From assembly GCF_004765795.1 (NCBI RefSeq), contig NZ_SBIV01000006.1, positions 186,001-250,000 on the forward strand: a DNA stretch of 64,000 bases. The letters run 5' to 3'. Below are positions 1 to 9,744 of this stretch, piece after piece. The first letter of the stretch is position 1, and the number at the start of each line of letters is the position of its first letter. The position numbers and the translations under genes are program-made. The DNA is from Halorussus marinus (GTDB lineage: Archaea; Halobacteriota; Halobacteria; Halobacteriales; Haladaptataceae). The notes under the pieces are model-generated. The model saw only the letters and a program-made list of their open reading frames with translations, was not told the origin of the DNA and ran no database searches.

Positions 1-143
1 TCGGGCTCGCGGCCCGCCCCGCGGACCGCCGCCAGCACGTCTTCGAGCATCGCCGCCGCGAACGACGCCCGCTCGGCCGGCGAGAGGACGCCCTCCAGAC
101 GGGTCTTTGGCTCGCGGGCGGCGTACGGCACCACGACTCTCAT
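1..143 (-). CDS. cofC: 2-phospho-L-lactate guanylyltransferase (F420 biosynthesis), 5' part; runs off the window
   Basis: Manual translation from ATG at 143: MRVVVPYAAREPKTRLEGVLSPAERASFAAAMLEDVL, with the CofC-type KTRL...ER...AML.DV N-terminus; next to cetZ1. Confidence 0.85.
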   Translation of the reverse strand, partial: MRVVVPYAAREPKTRLEGVLSPAERASFAAAMLEDVLAAVRGAGREP

Positions 144-224
144 GCGTTCGGACTGCGTCGGCCGTCGCTTAAGAGACTACGGAAACGGATCGGAGAGCGG
201 GTCGGAAAACGAAGCTCGCGTCGG

Positions 225-1016
225 TCAGCCCAGTTTGTCGTAGCTGTCCTGCTGGGAGCGGTACCACAGCGCGCCGCCGATGATCGCGACCAGCACGACG
301 AGGCCGATCCCGCCGTACAGCAGCATCTGGGTCTGTTGGTTCGACTCGGCCGCGGAGTTTGCGGTCTCCTCGGCGTCGCCCGCGAGGTCGGTCGCCAGTT
401 CGAAGTTCTCGCCGTCGAACGCCGAGACCGCGCTGTCGAACTGGTCTCGGGCCTCCGAGACGTCGGCGCCCGAGTCCTCGGCGTCCGCGATCGCGGCGTC
501 GGCGTCGTCGAGCGCCGAGCGGGCCTCGTCGCTTTCGGTCGTGTACGGCCGGAACTGCCAGCTCTCGATCGCCTGCGAGGCGCCGCCGTCGCGGGCCTGG
601 TCCAGCTCCGCGAGCAGGGCCTGCTGTGGCGGGGCGTAGCTGAAGTTACCCGGGTTGGCGACGGTTCCCTCGACGGTGACCTCGACTTCGTTGGCGTTCG
701 AGTCGGTCGACAGCGAGTGGTTGAACGACTGACCGTCGTAGGACTCCTGTCCGACCTTGTCGTCGGCCTGATCATAGAGTTTGACCGTCCAGGTCACGCC
801 TTCGAGTTCGGTCGCGCCGTTGAGCGTCCACTCCTCGTACTCGCTGAACGGCTGTTCGAGCGTGAAGGTCGCGGTCACGTCCTCGCCGACCTCCGCCTCG
901 CTCGGGGCGTCGCTGGACGCGACCGACACGACGGCCGCGGCCGGCGCGACTGCCGAGACGACCAGCGTGGTCGCCAGCAGGAGCGTCAGGAGCTTAGAAG
1001 AGTGGTTCGAGTTCAT
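225..1016 (-). CDS. Exported, membrane-anchored acidic protein downstream of cetZ1
   Basis: N-terminal signal peptide and C-terminal TM helix; start overlaps the end of cetZ. Confidence 0.8.
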   Translation of the reverse strand: MNSNHSSKLLTLLLATTLVVSAVAPAAAVVSVASSDAPSEAEVGEDVTATFTLEQPFSEYEEWTLNGATELEGVTWTVKLYDQADDKVGQESYDGQSFNHSLSTDSNANEVEVTVEGTVANPGNFSYAPPQQALLAELDQARDGGASQAIESWQFRPYTTESDEARSALDDADAAIADAEDSGADVSEARDQFDSAVSAFDGENFELATDLAGDAEETANSAAESNQQTQMLLYGGIGLVVLVAIIGGALWYRSQQDSYDKLG

Positions 1017-2172
1017 CATCATCGTCCTCGACGAGTTCTTCGAGGTTCTCTTCGCTCTCCTGGCGGATGTCGTCGATGTTGTCTTGGGCCTCGATGGCGA
1101 CCTCCTGAAGCTCCTTGATGCGCGGGACGTTGTTCACGCCCGACAGGAGGATGACGCTCGCGACGTAGTCGGAATCGGCGACCGGGTAGTCGCCACCCCG
1201 AACCTCCATCGACCCGGTCTGGTCCTCGAGCCACTTCCGCCCGCGCTCTATGCCTTTCCGATTGAGGTGCTGGGGCGGACCGCTCATCACGAGCAGGGCG
1301 CGCTCGGTGCCCTCGATCTCGCATGGGAGGGTGAGTCGGCCGAGCGCGGCCTTCCGGACGAGGCTGGTGATCCGGTTGGTGGTGTTTGCGGTGTCGGTCG
1401 GCTCCTCGTCGCCGCCGGTGAACCGCGACAGCAGGCCGCTGCCCGAACTGTTGGTCTCGACTTCCTCGGCGGCGTAGCCGATGGTCGAGACGCCGCCGCC
1501 GGCCAGCGTGTTGATGATCTCGCTGGAGTCGACGACGCTCTCGGCGACTTCGTCGTTGCCGCCGATTTCGCCCGCCCCGAACAGGATGCCGAACCGCCGG
1601 ACGATCTCCTCGTTGATCTCTGCGTAGCCGCTCTCGATGGACTCGCCCGACTGGCGCCACGCGTCGTTGTCGAACACCATCAGGTTGTCCACTTCGCGGA
1701 CGAACGTCTGGAACGACCGGGCGGCGTTCAGCGTGTAGATGCCCCCCTCGTCGCTGCCGGGCAGGATGCCCAGCCCGTACACCGGTTCGGTGTAGATGCG
1801 CTTGAGGTGCTTGGCCAGCACCGGGGCACCCCCGGAACCGGTCCCCCCGCCCATCCCTGCGATAATGAGGAACGCGTCGACTTCGTGGACAGGGATGTTG
1901 TCGACCGCACCCTGCACTTCGTCGATGTCCTCCTCGGCGATTTCCGCGCCGAGTTCGTTGTCAGCGCCGACGCCGTGACCCTTGACGCGGGACTGGCCGA
2001 TCAGGACGCGGTTGTCCTGTGGCACGTTATCGAGTCCCATCAGGTCGGCCTTCGCGGAGTTGACCGCGACGGCCGACCTGACGATGTCACTTCCGGTTCG
2101 CTGGTCGTGCTCCAGGAACCTGTCGACTATTTTCCCACCTGCCTGCCCGAAACCAATCATTGCGAGCTTCAT
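994..2172 (-). CDS. cetZ1: Tubulin/FtsZ-family protein CetZ (CetZ1-like)
   Basis: MKLAMIGFGQAGGK start and GGGTGSG tubulin signature; cofC neighbourhood; start trimmed from the 2373 ORF. Confidence 0.9.
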   Translation of the reverse strand: MKLAMIGFGQAGGKIVDRFLEHDQRTGSDIVRSAVAVNSAKADLMGLDNVPQDNRVLIGQSRVKGHGVGADNELGAEIAEEDIDEVQGAVDNIPVHEVDAFLIIAGMGGGTGSGGAPVLAKHLKRIYTEPVYGLGILPGSDEGGIYTLNAARSFQTFVREVDNLMVFDNDAWRQSGESIESGYAEINEEIVRRFGILFGAGEIGGNDEVAESVVDSSEIINTLAGGGVSTIGYAAEEVETNSSGSGLLSRFTGGDEEPTDTANTTNRITSLVRKAALGRLTLPCEIEGTERALLVMSGPPQHLNRKGIERGRKWLEDQTGSMEVRGGDYPVADSDYVASVILLSGVNNVPRIKELQEVAIEAQDNIDDIRQESEENLEELVEDDDDELEPLF

Positions 2173-2397
2173 TTTCCGTACCGTGCTCCGTTGGGAGAAA
2201 CACAGCGTTGATGGGCGGATAAGTTTTTTGGTCCGACTCCCGGCGCGCCGAAACGGCGTATTACGAAAAATCGCAAGACGGTAATCGGTCGTTACGCGGA
2301 ATTTCCGTTCGATACCATCTTGTGGACATGTCCTTTTAACTTTATCGGAAATAAGACCTATTGTCGGCGACAAAAGTCCGACGCGCGTCTGACGCCC

Positions 2398-3279
2398 CTA
2401 TTCGACACCGAGATACGACGCCAGCGTCGTCAGCTCCGACTCCTCGACGCCGAACGACCCGATATCGTTGTCCGCGACGGTGTTGTCGAAGTTAAGCGAC
2501 CGATACTGGTCGCGGCCGAACGGGACGACCGGCACCGGCTCGGCCGCGGTCATGCCGACCTTCGCCAACGCCATCGGGATCGAGAGCACCGTCACCGACT
2601 TGCCCTCCGCGCGGTAGACGAGTCGGGTCACGTCCGCGAGCGTCAACACCTCGGGCCCGCCGAGTTCGTAGGTCTCGCCGTCGCGGTCCTCGTCGACGCA
2701 CTCGGCGAGCATCGGCGCGAGGTCGCCGACCCAGATCGGCTGGAAGCGAGTGCGACCGCCGCCCGGAAGGGCGGTGACGTACGGCGTCGTCAACTGCTTG
2801 GTGAAGCTCACGAACTCCCCGCCCTCGCCGAAGACTACGGACGGCCGGACGATGGTGTACGCGAGGTCCGAGTCCTCGACGACCTGCTCGGCCTGTCCTT
2901 TCGTGCGGATGTACTCGGTCGGTCCCGAGGGGTCCGCGCCGAGCGCGCTCATCTGGACGATCTTTCGGACGTCGTGGCTCTCGGCGGCCTCGACCACGTT
3001 CTGGGTCCCGCCGAGGTGGACGTCCGTGTGGGAGGTGGCGCCGGTCGGCTTGAACAGCGGCGAGAGCGCCACCAGATTCACCACCGCGTCCTGTCCCTCG
3101 AAGGCGGCCTCGATGGAGTCGTAGGCGGTCACGTCGCCCCGAACGCGCTCGACGTCCGACGGGAGGTCCGCCCCGTCGGGATCGCGTGCGAGGACCGTCA
3201 CGTCGTGGTCGCGGTCGAGCAGTTCCTCAACGAGGGCCGTGCCGATGAACCCGGTTCCTCCGGCAACGAGAATGTTCAT
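2398..3279 (-). CDS. NAD(P)-dependent SDR/epimerase (NDUFA9-like)
   Basis: GGTGFIG Rossmann motif, SALGA, YxxxK. Confidence 0.85.
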   Translation of the reverse strand: MNILVAGGTGFIGTALVEELLDRDHDVTVLARDPDGADLPSDVERVRGDVTAYDSIEAAFEGQDAVVNLVALSPLFKPTGATSHTDVHLGGTQNVVEAAESHDVRKIVQMSALGADPSGPTEYIRTKGQAEQVVEDSDLAYTIVRPSVVFGEGGEFVSFTKQLTTPYVTALPGGGRTRFQPIWVGDLAPMLAECVDEDRDGETYELGGPEVLTLADVTRLVYRAEGKSVTVLSIPMALAKVGMTAAEPVPVVPFGRDQYRSLNFDNTVADNDIGSFGVEESELTTLASYLGVE

Positions 3280-3394
3280 ACCCGAGATAGGTATCCCCGG
3301 AAAGTAAATGTACGGGCCACGGCCGCGTTCGCGTTCGGGCGCCGACCCGTCCCGACTCGCAGGTCTTTATACCGAGCCGCGACCACAACCGCGT

Positions 3395-3997
3395 ATGCTC
3401 ATCACGCTGGAGGGGCTCGACGGGAGCGGCAAGACGACGGTGTGGGAGGTCCTGCGCGAGGAGTTTCCGGAGTTCGTCTACACCCGCGAACCGACCGACA
3501 CCTGGTACGGCGAGGCGGTCGACCGGTCGGTCGCCGCCGACGACGCCGACCCCGTGGCCGAGCTGTTCCTCTACACCGCCGACCACGCCGCCCACCTCTC
3601 GGAGACGGTCCGGCCCGCGCTCGCCGACGGCGAGGTCGTCGTCTCCGATCGGTACTCCGACTCGCGGTACGCCTATCAGGCCGTCAGCATCGAGGGCGAA
3701 GTCCGCCGTCCGCTGGAGTACATCCGGGGCGTACACAAGCCGTGGACCCGACCGCCCGACGCCACCATCTACCTCGACGTCGACCCCGAGACGGGCGCGG
3801 CCCGGAGCGGCGCGACGAACAAGTTCGAGCAGGCGGCGTTCCTGAGCCGAGTGCAGGACAACTACGAGCGGCTCATCGACGCCGAGCCCGATCGGTTCGT
3901 CAGGGTCGACGCGACGCGGCCGCCCGAGGACGTGCTCGACGGCGTCGTCGACGTGATCGAACGCCTCCGCGAGGAGGCGGCGACCGGCGACGAGTAG
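3395..3997 (+). CDS. tmk: Thymidylate kinase
   Basis: [16 protein letters not shown]-loop, [16 protein letters not shown]. Confidence 0.95.
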   Translation: MLITLEGLDGSGKTTVWEVLREEFPEFVYTREPTDTWYGEAVDRSVAADDADPVAELFLYTADHAAHLSETVRPALADGEVVVSDRYSDSRYAYQAVSIEGEVRRPLEYIRGVHKPWTRPPDATIYLDVDPETGAARSGATNKFEQAAFLSRVQDNYERLIDAEPDRFVRVDATRPPEDVLDGVVDVIERLREEAATGDE

Positions 3998-4028
3998 CTC
4001 TTTTGGGCTCGGGGCCGTACCGACCGGC

Positions 4029-4439
4029 ATGGCCGACGAGGACGCCGGCCGACCCCGCGAGGACGACGAGGGGCTCAGCCTCTCGCTCCCGCCGATCTCG
4101 CTCCCGGCGGTCCGGCTCCCCGACCGGATCCGGCTCGTCTTCCCGGTGCCGGACCCGCCCGAGCCGATCGCGCGGCCCCGGCGCGTGCGGACCTCGTGGG
4201 TGTTCGTCGCCGTCGCGCTCGCGGACGCGCTAGACGCCGCGGCGGTGCTGGTCGGCGGTCCGACGGCGCTCCCGTGGGTGCGGGCGACGGCCGGAACGGT
4301 GCTGTCGATCCTGTTCGCTGGCTTGCCGGGCCTGCTCTACTCGTGGGAGCTGTTCGCGGCGCTCGGCGGCCGCGGCTGTCTGTCGGTCGCGCCGACCGCG
4401 ACGCTGTTGGTGGTCGCGGGGCTGTTCGTCGGCGACTGA
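4029..4439 (+). CDS. Hypothetical membrane protein
   Basis: ATG ORF with hydrophobic helices and host-like codon usage. Confidence 0.6.
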   Translation: MADEDAGRPREDDEGLSLSLPPISLPAVRLPDRIRLVFPVPDPPEPIARPRRVRTSWVFVAVALADALDAAAVLVGGPTALPWVRATAGTVLSILFAGLPGLLYSWELFAALGGRGCLSVAPTATLLVVAGLFVGD

Positions 4440-4452
4440 GCCGCCCGCCGAC

Positions 4453-4776
4453 TCACCCCGCCTTCTCGGGCATCTCGATCTCGTCGGGCGACGGGAGCCA
4501 GAACACGTCAAGCGACACCGCCAGCGTGAACGGCAACACCCACACGAGGATGAGCGCGGTGGCGCGGTCGCCGACGCCGCCCCCGCCGAAGCCGACGAAC
4601 CCCGACAGCAGGATCGTCGTCACGAAGTAGATCAGGGGGACGAACAGCGCGGTGTACAGCGCCGCGCCCCAGGTGGTCGCGAGCCGCAGGCGGAAAAACC
4701 GGATCGCGACCGCCGCGACGACGGTGTTGACGCCGATGATGAGCAGGAATCCGATCGCGGTCGCGGCCGATGACAT
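4453..4776 (-). CDS. Small 3-TM membrane protein
   Basis: Three hydrophobic segments and an acidic C-terminal tail. Confidence 0.7.
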   Translation of the reverse strand: MSSAATAIGFLLIIGVNTVVAAVAIRFFRLRLATTWGAALYTALFVPLIYFVTTILLSGFVGFGGGGVGDRATALILVWVLPFTLAVSLDVFWLPSPDEIEMPEKAG

Positions 4777-4830
4777 CTCTGGGCGGAGCTTGGGACCGCG
4801 CGCTCTTGTGCGTACCGGATGGCGACGGGC

Positions 4831-5964
4831 TCAGAACCGGTCGATCCCGAACGCAGAGACGTCGGTGGCGGGCTCGTCGCCGACCGCCGCCTGCGCGACG
4901 AGCTTCCCGCTGTAGGGGCCCAGCTGGAGTCCGGTCGCGCCGTGGCCGGTCGCGAGGTACGCGCCCTCGACGTCGGGGACCGCGCCCAGAACCGGGAGCC
5001 GGTCGGCCGAGACCGGCCGGAGGCCGACCCGGATCTCGTCGAGCGCGGCGTTGGCCAGCTCCGGCGCCACCCGGAGACACTCCTCGAGGACCTCCCGGAC
5101 CCCGCCCGCGGTCCGCCGGGGTGCGAACCCGGAGTCGCTCTCGCGGGTCGCGCCCGCGACGACCCGTTCGTCCCCCCACGGTACCACGTAGTGGCCCCGG
5201 AACGGACTCACGATCGGCCAGTCGGCCGTCTCGCGGTCGCCGGCGTCGAGGTGAGCGATCTGCCCGCGGTGGGGTTCGACCGGAATCTCGACCCCGAGCT
5301 GGTCGCCGAACGCGCTCGACCACGCGCCGCCCGCGACGACGACGCGCTCGGCGTCGAGCCGGCCGTCGGCGGTGTCGAGACCGGCCACCGAGTCCTCGTC
5401 GAGCCGGATCCGTCGGGCGTCTGTGTGCTCGATCGCGAGCCCGTGGTTCTCGCCGGCCTGCCGGAGCGCCCGCGTCAGGAGCCGACCGTCCACCCGTCCG
5501 GCGTTCTCGTAGTGGGCCGCGCGTCGGACCGAGTCGGCAAGCGGCGGGAACCGCTCGCGCGCCTCCTCGACGGGGATCTCGGCGAACGCGTCGGGATCGG
5601 GTCGACCCAGCTCCGCCTGCCGGCGCTCGATCCGGTCCAGCCCCGCCTCGAAGTCCTCGACCTCGGCGTCGGTCGCCGCGACGCTGAGCAGTCCGGGCCG
5701 GGCGTAGCCGGGGTCGCCGTCCTGTTCGGCTTCGAGCGCGTCGACGAGTTCGGGGTAGTAGTCGACCGCCTCCACAGCGAACTCGAACCACGCGTCGTCG
5801 GCGGTGCGACTGCTGGTCGCGGGCGAGAGGATGCCCGCGCCCGCGGCGGTGGCCCGCCCGTCGTCCTCCCGATCAACGAGGACCGCGTCGACGCCGTCGC
5901 GCGCCAGATGGTAAGCGACCGACGAGCCGACGATGCCCCCGCCGACGACTGCGACTTCGTACAT
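4831..5964 (-). CDS. FAD-dependent oxidoreductase (DAO/glycine oxidase family)
   Basis: GGGIVG FAD motif, GLRP, ATGHG. Confidence 0.9.
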   Translation of the reverse strand: MYEVAVVGGGIVGSSVAYHLARDGVDAVLVDREDDGRATAAGAGILSPATSSRTADDAWFEFAVEAVDYYPELVDALEAEQDGDPGYARPGLLSVAATDAEVEDFEAGLDRIERRQAELGRPDPDAFAEIPVEEARERFPPLADSVRRAAHYENAGRVDGRLLTRALRQAGENHGLAIEHTDARRIRLDEDSVAGLDTADGRLDAERVVVAGGAWSSAFGDQLGVEIPVEPHRGQIAHLDAGDRETADWPIVSPFRGHYVVPWGDERVVAGATRESDSGFAPRRTAGGVREVLEECLRVAPELANAALDEIRVGLRPVSADRLPVLGAVPDVEGAYLATGHGATGLQLGPYSGKLVAQAAVGDEPATDVSAFGIDRF

Positions 5965-6032
5965 GTGTCGGTCTGTCGTTGGTCGGGACGGCCCTAAGAG
6001 GTGGGGTTCGCGGCGATCCGGACGCGTCCGCG

Positions 6033-7253
6033 TCAGGTCGATCGGGGGCCCGTCCCGCCGGCGCTCGCGCCCGTCGTCGACTCCCCGGCGGCTCCGGCCG
6101 CGGTCTCGACGGTTCGGAGCCGATCGGGGCGAGCGAGGACGTAGAGCACGTCGCCCGCCCCGAGGAGTCGGTCGCCGGTCGGGAGGGTCTCGACGCTCCC
6201 CTCGCGTTCGACCGCGACGACGCTCGCGTCCAGCGCCGACACCGGCGTCCCGTCGAGCGGGCTCCCGGCCGCGACCGTGACCGCGCCGACCGTCTCGTCT
6301 GCGGCTCTGAGCCGCGCGCCGAACTCCCGGTCGGCCTGCGGTTCGGTCGGGAGCGTCGCGAGCCGGTACTCGGCGTCCGGGTCGAGGTCGGCGGCGTTAT
6401 CGGCGCCGACCGCGAGGGTCGCCACGTCGCCGACCGCCGCCCGGAGTTCGGCGGTGGCGATCCGCTCGGGGCCACTCGCGGCGGCGCCCGCGTCGGTCGC
6501 TTCGCCCGCCTCCCGGGTGCGCCACACCTGTACGAGGTCGCCGGGGCTCGCGCCGAACGACGGGTCGGCCCGGACCGCCACCGCCACCGTCCCGGCGGGG
6601 AGCGTCGGCCCGACGCCCGCGACTCGGCCCCCGAGCGCGAGGTACGACACCGAGCCCGTCTCGTCGACGTCGGCGTCGACGCGCCCCACGCCGTAGTCGT
6701 CCCGGAGCCGATCGGCGAGGCGCTCGCTGAGCTGGGCGACGGTCAGCCCCCGGGGAAACCGGAGCGTCTTGCCCGCGAGCGCCGCCTTGGTCTCGGCGGC
6801 GACCGGCTCGTAGCCGTCGATGTCGTCGACAGTCTCGGGGAGTTCGACCGTCGTGAACCGCCCGACGGTCCTGACCAGCCGGCTCACCTCGCCGTCGAGC
6901 GCGCTCGCGCCCGAGAGGGCGGCCGCGTCGACGGCGAGCCGTCCGCCGACTCGCGCACCCGCGACCGCCGCCACGCTCCCGAGGCAGAACGCCGCGACGT
7001 TGACGAACGCGACCGCCGGCGAGGGGATCGGGTCGCCGCTCCCGAGGTACTGCTGGAGCGCGGTCGCGGTGTTGAGCCACAGCCCGACGGTCCCCAGTCC
7101 CACGAGCACCGCCAGCCCCGCGGGCATCCGCTGGCGGGCGTACGACTCGTAGAGGAAATCGACGATCGCGGCGACCGCGCCCGCGAGCAACGCGAGTCCG
7201 AACACGCGGACCGCCGACCCCGCGAGGTCGGCGAGCGCGACGAGGAGGCTCAC
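6033..7253 (-). CDS. Membrane protein with TrkA-C (RCK_C) domain
   Basis: GTG start overlapping the upstream stop; N-terminal TM helices; C-terminal GSPLDG...GDVLYVLA. Confidence 0.75.
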   Translation of the reverse strand: MSLLVALADLAGSAVRVFGLALLAGAVAAIVDFLYESYARQRMPAGLAVLVGLGTVGLWLNTATALQQYLGSGDPIPSPAVAFVNVAAFCLGSVAAVAGARVGGRLAVDAAALSGASALDGEVSRLVRTVGRFTTVELPETVDDIDGYEPVAAETKAALAGKTLRFPRGLTVAQLSERLADRLRDDYGVGRVDADVDETGSVSYLALGGRVAGVGPTLPAGTVAVAVRADPSFGASPGDLVQVWRTREAGEATDAGAAASGPERIATAELRAAVGDVATLAVGADNAADLDPDAEYRLATLPTEPQADREFGARLRAADETVGAVTVAAGSPLDGTPVSALDASVVAVEREGSVETLPTGDRLLGAGDVLYVLARPDRLRTVETAAGAAGESTTGASAGGTGPRST

Positions 7254-8512
7254 GCGACCACCGCCTCGAACCGGTCGAGCGCGCCCGGCGACCCGACCGC
7301 GTACAGTTGGTCGCCCGCGTCGAGGCCGGTCGTCCCCCGCGGCGCGAACGTCCACGAGTCGCCGCGCCGGATCGCCAGCACCGCGACCTCGTGGGGCGGC
7401 TCTTCCGTCTCCTCGGGGGCCGTCTCGCCCGCCCCGCCGAACCCGGCCGCCGGACGCATGCCGTCGAGCGATCCCGGGCGCCCGACCCGGACCTCGCGGA
7501 GCCGCTTGCCGTCGCGTCTGAGGAGCGCGAGGAGTTCGAACTCGCCGCGAGTCCCCCGGGCGTGGACCCGGACCGCCGCCCGGTCGGCGGCCAGCAGGGC
7601 GGGGGCGTCCCGGGCCGGCACGCCGAGGGTGATCCGCCCGTCGCCGCCCGTCGTTCGGGGCGCGGCCCCCGCGGTCGGGAGCGGGCGGTCCGCGCTCCCC
7701 TCGGCGTCGTCGGCGTCGGCGGGCGCGGCGCTCGCGGGCGGCGACCCGTCGGCGTCGGTCCGGGCGCTCAGGACGGTCCCGGTCACCGCCTCGTCGCCGG
7801 TCGCGACCGTCGCCTCGTCGCCGCGTGCGACCCCGGTCGGGACGAGGGCCTCGACCGACACCGCGCGCTCGCCGGTCGGCACGCGCCGCGAGAGCGCGCC
7901 CACCGGGGGCGCGGCGCTGATCGTCGCCCGCCCGCGGTCGTCGATCGAGGCGGCGACCGCCGCCAGATCGTGGTCGGTCCGGAGGCGCTCTTCGAGCCGG
8001 GTTTCGAGCTCCGACAGCGGGAGGTCTGCCGGAAAGGTCCACTCGCCGTCCCGGATCGTCGCCCGGAGCGCGTCGGGGAGCGGCGGGTACCCCTCGACGT
8101 CGCCCACGTCGCCGGTCGTCCGGACCCGGACCTGACCGAACTGGCCGACGCGCTCGATCGCGTCGGCCGACAGCCCCCGGTCGCGTAGCGTCCGGAGCGT
8201 GATCCGGTGGGGGAACTCCGCGCCCATCCGGTCGCCCTGCGCGTGGGCGTACAGCGTCACCATCATCACGACCAGCGCCGAGACGAGCGCGGTCGGCGAG
8301 CCGAGGATCTGGGCGTCGAGCAGGCCGAGCAGGCCGCCCTGCACGCCGGCGATCGCGACCCCGAGGACGAGCACACCGAACCCGGGGATCGTGACGCCGG
8401 TGACGTACTTGAACGTGAATCCGAGCGTCCACGCGACCAGCGCGGGGACGACCGCGGTGAGCGCCCCGAGATAGAGCCCGAGAAGCGCCTGCACGGGAAG
8501 CGAAGCGTCCAT
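7250..8512 (-). CDS. Membrane protein with TrkA-C (RCK_C) domain, paralog of the neighbouring gene
   Basis: TM N-terminus; C-terminal LAIRRGD...AGDQLYAVG. Confidence 0.75.
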   Translation of the reverse strand: MDASLPVQALLGLYLGALTAVVPALVAWTLGFTFKYVTGVTIPGFGVLVLGVAIAGVQGGLLGLLDAQILGSPTALVSALVVMMVTLYAHAQGDRMGAEFPHRITLRTLRDRGLSADAIERVGQFGQVRVRTTGDVGDVEGYPPLPDALRATIRDGEWTFPADLPLSELETRLEERLRTDHDLAAVAASIDDRGRATISAAPPVGALSRRVPTGERAVSVEALVPTGVARGDEATVATGDEAVTGTVLSARTDADGSPPASAAPADADDAEGSADRPLPTAGAAPRTTGGDGRITLGVPARDAPALLAADRAAVRVHARGTRGEFELLALLRRDGKRLREVRVGRPGSLDGMRPAAGFGGAGETAPEETEEPPHEVAVLAIRRGDSWTFAPRGTTGLDAGDQLYAVGSPGALDRFEAVVA

Positions 8513-8585
8513 TTGTTGCCAGCAGGCACACCGGGCCTAAATCAGTACCGACACTTTATCTACCGCGCCGGGAACACTGGGGTGT

Positions 8586-9743
8586 ATGGAGACCGGCTGG
8601 CGCGACTGGGTCGGCGTCCGCGTCGCGGTCGCGCTCACGTTCGCGGTGGCGGTGCTGTCGATAGCCACGGGCGTCTCCAGCATCGGGTTCACCTCGTCGG
8701 TCGGCCTGTTCGGCGGGACCGTGCCGGTCTGGGTTCGGCAGGCCGCGGGGTTTACCGGCACCGTCACCGGCTTTCTGATGCTCGCCAGCGCGTTCGGGAT
8801 GCGACGGGGGCTCAGGGCGGCGTGGTACTCGGCGCTCGTGTTCTTCCCGCTGACCGCGATTCAGGGTCTGTTCCAGTCGAGCCCCTACTCGGTCCCGCTG
8901 GTGGTCGCGTCGGCGGCGGCGTTCCCGACCGTGGCGCTCGGCCACCGCCACTTCGACCGCCAGACGGATTTCAGCCTCTCCCAGCTCGCGGCGCTGACCG
9001 CGCTCGTCGGCGTGCTGGCCTACGGCACCGTCGGGACGTACGCGCTCGCCGACGAGTTCGCCGGCGTCGAGACCGCCCTCGACGCGTTCTACTACACGCT
9101 GGTCACCGCGAGCACGGTCGGCTACGGCGACGCCACCCCGACGACCCAGACCGCCCGCCTGTTCGCCTCGTCGGTCGTCGTGCTCGGCACCGCGAGCTTC
9201 GCGGTCGCGCTGGCGACCCTGCTCGGACCCGCGATCGAGGCCCGAATCACCCACGCACTCGGAAAAATGACCGAAACACAGCTCGAACTCCTCGAGGACC
9301 ACGTCGTCGTCCTCGGCTACGGCGAACTCACCGAACCGATCCTCTCCGAACTCGACGGCAAGAGCGACTTCGTCGTCGTCACTCCCGACTCCCAGCGAGC
9401 CGGGGAACTCTCGGACCGCGGGATGAAGGTACTGACCGCCGACCCGAGCGACCAGGAACCGCTCGAGCGGGTCGGCATCGACCGCGCCCGGGCGGTTGTC
9501 GCGGCCACCAACAACGACGCCGAGGACGCGCTGGCGGTGCTGACCGCCCGCCAGCTCAACCCCGATATCCGCATCGTCGCGGCCGCGACCGAGCGCGAGA
9601 ACGTCGACAAGCTCAAGCGCGCCGGCGCCGACACCGTGATCAGCCCGGCGACCATCGGCGGCCACCTCCTCGTCCGGTCGGCGCTCGGGAGCGACGGCAT
9701 GGAGGACATCGCCGACAGGCTCACCGGCCACTCCTCGAAGTGA
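8586..9743 (+). CDS. Potassium channel with RCK (TrkA-N) domain, Kch/MthK-like
   Basis: TASTVGYGD selectivity filter; VLGYG Rossmann domain. Confidence 0.9.
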   Translation: METGWRDWVGVRVAVALTFAVAVLSIATGVSSIGFTSSVGLFGGTVPVWVRQAAGFTGTVTGFLMLASAFGMRRGLRAAWYSALVFFPLTAIQGLFQSSPYSVPLVVASAAAFPTVALGHRHFDRQTDFSLSQLAALTALVGVLAYGTVGTYALADEFAGVETALDAFYYTLVTASTVGYGDATPTTQTARLFASSVVVLGTASFAVALATLLGPAIEARITHALGKMTETQLELLEDHVVVLGYGELTEPILSELDGKSDFVVVTPDSQRAGELSDRGMKVLTADPSDQEPLERVGIDRARAVVAATNNDAEDALAVLTARQLNPDIRIVAAATERENVDKLKRAGADTVISPATIGGHLLVRSALGSDGMEDIADRLTGHSSK

Positions 9744-9744
9744 G